A DNA stretch of 64,000 bases from an uncultured Pelagibacteraceae bacterium. Its GTDB lineage: Bacteria; Pseudomonadota; Alphaproteobacteria; Pelagibacterales; AG-422-B15. Under the pieces are notes generated by a model. It was not told the origin of the DNA, did not search any database, and was given only the letters and a program-made list of their open reading frames with translations. Position 1 is the first letter of the stretch; every line of letters starts with the position of its first letter. The stretch spans positions 20,841 through 84,840 of the forward strand of contig CACCND010000005.1 of assembly GCA_902547315.1 (NCBI GenBank), given 5' to 3'. The position numbers were made by a program, and so were the translations under genes. Below are positions 60,073 through 64,000 of the stretch, piece after piece.

Positions 60073-60537
60073 ATGAAATTAAATCAGATAGTTAAAAACA
60101 AAGCTTATAAATCAAAAAAGAGAATTGGTAGAGGTATAGGCTCAGGTAAAGGTAAAACCTCTGGAAGTGGTCATAAAGGACAAAAAGCTCGTTCCGGTGT
60201 TGCTATCCATGGTTTTGAAGGTGGACAGATGCCCTTACATAGAAGATTGCCTAAATTTGGATTTTCAAATTTTACAAAGAAACAATATTTTGAATTAAAC
60301 CTCTCTACACTACAAAAATTGATAGATAAAAACTCTATTAATGAGTCAGAGATCATTAATATTTCACTCTTAAAAAAGTTACGTATTTTAAAAAATAAAG
60401 ATAAAAAACTTCTAAAAATTCTTGGCACAGGTGAATTAAAATCAAAAAATATTATTGAATGCAGTAAAGTAACTAAGTCTGCAGAAGCAAAACTTCAAAA
60501 ACTTGGAGTTGAATTAAAAATAAGTAAAGCAATCTAG
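60073..60537 (+). CDS. rplO: 50S ribosomal protein L15
   Basis: RIGRGIGSGKGKTSGSGHKGQKARSG. Confidence 0.96.
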   Translation: MKLNQIVKNKAYKSKKRIGRGIGSGKGKTSGSGHKGQKARSGVAIHGFEGGQMPLHRRLPKFGFSNFTKKQYFELNLSTLQKLIDKNSINESEIINISLLKKLRILKNKDKKLLKILGTGELKSKNIIECSKVTKSAEAKLQKLGVELKISKAI

Positions 60538-60541
60538 CGAA

Positions 60542-61873
60542 ATGGCTTCAGCAGCTGAAAAATTAGCATCAAACTTTAACTTTAGTGTCTTTTCCAAGGC
60601 TACTGAATTAAAGAAAAGGATTTGGTTCACTTTAGGTGCTTTAATAATTTACAGATTTGGCACATATATCCCTTTACCCGGAATAGATATTGAGCAGTTA
60701 AAACTACTTGTTGAGACAAATCAAAGTGGAATTCTAGGAATGTTTGATGTTTTTGCAGGTGGAGCCATAAGCCGAATGGCTATTTTCGCATTAGGTATCA
60801 TGCCATACATATCTTCATCAATTATTATGCAACTTATGACAAGTGTATCGCCTCATCTGGCAAGCTTAAAGAAGGAAGGTGAGCCTGGTAGAAGAAAAAT
60901 AACACAATACACAAGATACGGAACAGTAATACTAGCATTACTTCAAGGCTATGGAATTTCTGTTGGCTTGGAGTCAGCAGGAAAAGTTGTAACGGATCCG
61001 GGGATATTTTTTAGGTTATCAACCACAATTACCCTTACTGGTGGAACAGTTTTCTTAATGTGGCTTGGAGAGCAAATTACTAGTAGGGGAATAGGCAATG
61101 GTATCTCATTAATTATCTTTTCTGGTATTGTTGCAGAGATACCCAGTGCTCTGATCAATACCCTCACGTTAGGAAGACAGGGTACGATTTCTACGATCAC
61201 TTTGGTCTTTTTATTAATTATGATAATAGCGATTGTTGTCTTTATTGTATTTATGGAAAGAGCCCAAAGAAGGTTAATCGTTCAGTATCCAAAAAGACAA
61301 ATGGGCAACAAAATGTTTGCTGGAGACAGCACCCATCTTCCTCTAAAACTAAATACAGCGGGAGTAATACCTGCAATATTTGCATCATCCATTCTCTTGT
61401 TGCCAATCACAATTGCAAATTTCAATGTTTCTGGCGAACCAGGTCTTTTGAATGATGTTGCTGCATTACTTGGACGAGGACAGCCTGCCTATATGATTTT
61501 ATATGCTAGCGCTATCATATTTTTTGCTTTTTTTTATACTTCGATTGTATTCAATCCAACAGAAACTGCAGACAACCTAAAAAGACAAGGTGGGTTCATC
61601 CCAGGTATTAGACCAGGCGAAAAAACTGCGGAGTATATTGATTTCGTTCTATCTCGAATAACAACAATCGGAGCTATGTATCTTGCATTTGTTTGTATAC
61701 TTCCTGAAATACTGATCGCTCAATATTCAATTCCGTTTTATCTAGGGGGTACTTCATTATTAATTGTAGTAGTGGTAGGAATGGATACAGTTGGTCAAAT
61801 TCAAAGTCATTTATTTGCTTACCAATATGAGGCTTTAATTAAAAAATCTAAGCTTCGAGGCGCACGTAGATGA
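60542..61873 (+). CDS. secY: preprotein translocase subunit SecY
   Basis: 443 aa, 10 TM segments, SecY signatures. Confidence 0.97.
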   Translation: MASAAEKLASNFNFSVFSKATELKKRIWFTLGALIIYRFGTYIPLPGIDIEQLKLLVETNQSGILGMFDVFAGGAISRMAIFALGIMPYISSSIIMQLMTSVSPHLASLKKEGEPGRRKITQYTRYGTVILALLQGYGISVGLESAGKVVTDPGIFFRLSTTITLTGGTVFLMWLGEQITSRGIGNGISLIIFSGIVAEIPSALINTLTLGRQGTISTITLVFLLIMIIAIVVFIVFMERAQRRLIVQYPKRQMGNKMFAGDSTHLPLKLNTAGVIPAIFASSILLLPITIANFNVSGEPGLLNDVAALLGRGQPAYMILYASAIIFFAFFYTSIVFNPTETADNLKRQGGFIPGIRPGEKTAEYIDFVLSRITTIGAMYLAFVCILPEILIAQYSIPFYLGGTSLLIVVVVGMDTVGQIQSHLFAYQYEALIKKSKLRGARR

Positions 61874-62436
61874 ATTTAGTTTTACTTGGTCCGCCAGGAG
61901 CAGGAAAAGGTACTCAAGCTAAATTAATATGTGAAAGATATGAGTTAATTCATTTATCTACAGGCGATCTTCTAAGAGCTGAAATAACCAAAGGTGGAGA
62001 TTTAGGAATAAAATTAGAGGAAATAATTAATGCAGGTAAGTTAGTTTCGAATGAGATAATTATTGAGGTGATAAAAAAATTTATAAATTCAAACAAAAAA
62101 AAGAAAGGATATTTGTTTGATGGTTTTCCTCGAAATATTGAACAGGCTGAATTACTTCATACTCTGCTGAAAAGTATAAATCAAGTAATTAAGTGTGTTT
62201 TACTAATAGACGTTAGTAATGATATATTAAAACAAAGAATTTTGTCGCGACGTGAAAAAGAAGGAAGATCAGATGATAATGAAGAAACTCTTCTTAATAG
62301 ACTTAACACATATATAACTGAGACTACGCCTTTAATTAATTATTACGAGCAAATAGATTTGCTAAAAAAAATTGTTGGCGAAGGAGAAATTAGTCATATA
62401 AATCAAAGAATTAACGACGCTGTCGAGGAAATTTAA
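61870..62436 (+). CDS. adk: adenylate kinase (short-LID type)
   Basis: LLGPPGAGKGTQA P-loop. At 188 aa it has no zinc-lid insertion. It overlaps secY by 4 nt. Confidence 0.93.
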   Translation: MNLVLLGPPGAGKGTQAKLICERYELIHLSTGDLLRAEITKGGDLGIKLEEIINAGKLVSNEIIIEVIKKFINSNKKKKGYLFDGFPRNIEQAELLHTLLKSINQVIKCVLLIDVSNDILKQRILSRREKEGRSDDNEETLLNRLNTYITETTPLINYYEQIDLLKKIVGEGEISHINQRINDAVEEI

Positions 62437-62441
62437 TATGC

Positions 62442-62469
62442 TTGACCAATTAATGAATAATTCTATAAT
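62442..62469 (+). promoter_or_regulatory. consensus sigma70 promoter upstream of rpsM-rpsK-rpoA
   Basis: TTGACC (62442-62447), 16-nt spacer, TATAAT (62464-62469). Confidence 0.6.
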
Positions 62470-62507
62470 CCCGCAATCTTTCAAATCAAATAAAATAGGT
62501 TACGTAA

Positions 62508-62885
62508 ATGGCTAGAATCGCTGGAGTTAATATTCCAACTCAAAAGAAATTGGGTGTTGCTCTAACTTACGTATATGGCATAGGCAACAAAATCTCTAAA
62601 GATGTTTGTGCCCAAGCCAACGTTGATGCGACTATCAAGGTTCAAGATTTATCAGAGTCTGAAATTAAAAAAGTATCTGATGTTATTTCCTCTTCTTTTC
62701 TTATAGAAGGAGATCTAAGAAGAGAAGTTTCTGGTAACATCAAAAGATTAAAAGATCTTGGAACATATAGAGGTGTAAGGCATAGAAAAAATCTGCCGTG
62801 TAGAGGTCAAAGAACACATACAAATGCTAGAACGAAAAAAGGCAAAGCTATTGCAATTGCAGGCAAAAAAAAGGTAACTAAATAA
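62508..62885 (+). CDS. rpsM: 30S ribosomal protein S13
   Basis: [10 protein letters not shown]... Confidence 0.97.
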   Translation: MARIAGVNIPTQKKLGVALTYVYGIGNKISKDVCAQANVDATIKVQDLSESEIKKVSDVISSSFLIEGDLRREVSGNIKRLKDLGTYRGVRHRKNLPCRGQRTHTNARTKKGKAIAIAGKKKVTK

Positions 62886-63274
62886 TGGCAGAAGCAAAAA
62901 CGTTTAAGAAGAAAAAGCAGAAAAAAAGTATTGTATCTGGGTTAGCTTATATTAATGCAACTTTTAATAATACTATGATTACTATTACCGATGAGCAAGG
63001 CAATAGCATTGCGTGGTCATCAGCTGGCGTAAAAGGATTTAAAGGATCTAGAAAATCGACACCTTATGCAGCACAAATTGCAGCAGAGGATGCAGGGACT
63101 AAAGCTAAAGAGTATGGACTTAAAAATTTACAAGTATTTGTTAAAGGTCCTGGTGGCGGAAGAGAGTCAGCTTTAAGAGCTTTGCAGGCAGTTGGCTTTT
63201 ATATTACCTCAATAAAAGACACTACACCAATACCCCATAATGGTTGTCGACCACCTAAAAAAAGAAGAGTTTAA
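62885..63274 (+). CDS. rpsK: 30S ribosomal protein S11
   Basis: 129 aa; ...[15 protein letters not shown]... Confidence 0.97.
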   Translation: MAEAKTFKKKKQKKSIVSGLAYINATFNNTMITITDEQGNSIAWSSAGVKGFKGSRKSTPYAAQIAAEDAGTKAKEYGLKNLQVFVKGPGGGRESALRALQAVGFYITSIKDTTPIPHNGCRPPKKRRV

Positions 63275-63297
63275 TTATATAGTTAAAGGAAAAAAAT

Positions 63298-64000
63298 ATG
63301 AGTATTATTAATAATTGGCAATCATTAATCAAGCCGTCTAAACTTAAGTTGATTAATAATGAAGACTCTCAATACAAAGCTACATTGATAGCTGAGCCTT
63401 TAGAGAGAGGCTTCGGACTAACAATAGGAAATGCTTTAAGAAGAGTCTTATTGTCTTCTTTGCAAGGAACAGCTGTTACAGCAATTAAAATCGATAATGT
63501 ACTACATGAATTTTCTTCTATTGATGGCGTTAGAGAAGATGTTACAGATATTGTATTAAATATTAAGTCATTATCACTAAATATGCATTCTGAGGGTGTT
63601 AGAAAAATGTCTCTCAATGTCACTGGTCCTGGAGAGATTACTGCTGGAATGATAAATACACCTTCAGAAATTGATATTATAAACCCTGAACTTGTAATCT
63701 GTAACCTTGATGATAATACTGAATTTAATATGGAGCTAACTGTTGCGAAGGGAAAAGGCTACGTTTCAGCAGAAAACAATAAACCTGAAGATTCAGCAAT
63801 AGGACTTATTCCAATCGACTCTATTTTTAGTCCTGTTAAGCAAGTATCTTATAGCATTGAAAATACTCGTGAAGGTAAAGTTCTTGATTATGATAAACTT
63901 ACAATGAGCATTGAGACCAATGGATCAGTTACACCAGATGACGCAATTGCATTTGCAGCTAGAATAATCCAGGATCAATTGCAATCTTTTATAAATTTTG
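63298..64000 (+). CDS. rpoA: DNA-directed RNA polymerase subunit alpha, N-terminal part (runs off the window)
   Basis: ATG at 63298. The frame stays open to the window end, so it is absent from the ORF track. [16 protein letters not shown]...[26 protein letters not shown] is the RpoA N-terminal domain. Confidence 0.93.
   Translation, partial: MSIINNWQSLIKPSKLKLINNEDSQYKATLIAEPLERGFGLTIGNALRRVLLSSLQGTAVTAIKIDNVLHEFSSIDGVREDVTDIVLNIKSLSLNMHSEGVRKMSLNVTGPGEITAGMINTPSEIDIINPELVICNLDDNTEFNMELTVAKGKGYVSAENNKPEDSAIGLIPIDSIFSPVKQVSYSIENTREGKVLDYDKLTMSIETNGSVTPDDAIAFAARIIQDQLQSFINF

Overview
AT-rich, tightly packed bacterial window. It looks like a streamlined marine alphaproteobacterium (Pelagibacterales-like), judged from the proteorhodopsin, very short intergenic spacers, a single tuf and the alphaproteobacterial DUF1476 protein.

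Ordinary core content:
- 1-4.3 kb: cysS 3' end, cimA, trmJ-like gene, rpsD and a DUF2817/M14 peptidase.
- 18.5-26.5 kb: purC-purS-purQ-purL, purB, map, sfsA and a cinA-like gene.
- 26.6-27.5 kb: a blue-tuned (Q105) proteorhodopsin, a strong terminator and tRNA-Leu.
- 29.3-34.3 kb: nadK, glpK, a class II aldolase, an NAD-dependent formate dehydrogenase and a fatty-acid-hydroxylase-family protein.
- 34.9-64 kb: rlmB, tRNA-Tyr/Gly, tuf, tRNA-Trp, secE-nusG-rplKAJL-rpoBC, rpsL-rpsG-fusA, the S10/spc/alpha ribosomal operons, secY, adk and the rpoA 5' part.

The unusual part is a ~13 kb mosaic accessory island at ~5.5-18.4 kb, wedged between grxD and purL. It has no integrase or transposase. It carries:
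- orphan acidic proteins and a ~20-repeat DUF4116 protein;
- several recombination scars: repeated 5' mini-ORFs and a displaced in-frame 3' gene fragment;
- two divergent paralogs whose motifs resemble the uracil-DNA-glycosylase fold;
- small unannotated HTH genes;
- the best candidate for a new system: a translationally coupled five-gene module (14424-18332). It encodes an HTH/CII-like protein, a Cas4/RecB-type Cys-cluster nuclease, an ATP-dependent DNA ligase with an extra C-terminal domain, a protein with an SSB-like acidic tail, and an orphan protein.

Other notable items are a barrel-only inverse-autotransporter-like OMP coupled to a separate secreted protein, and a 400-bp mini-island bounded by a duplicated 3' part of tRNA-Thr. 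No rRNA, CRISPR array or recognisable mobile-element enzyme is present.
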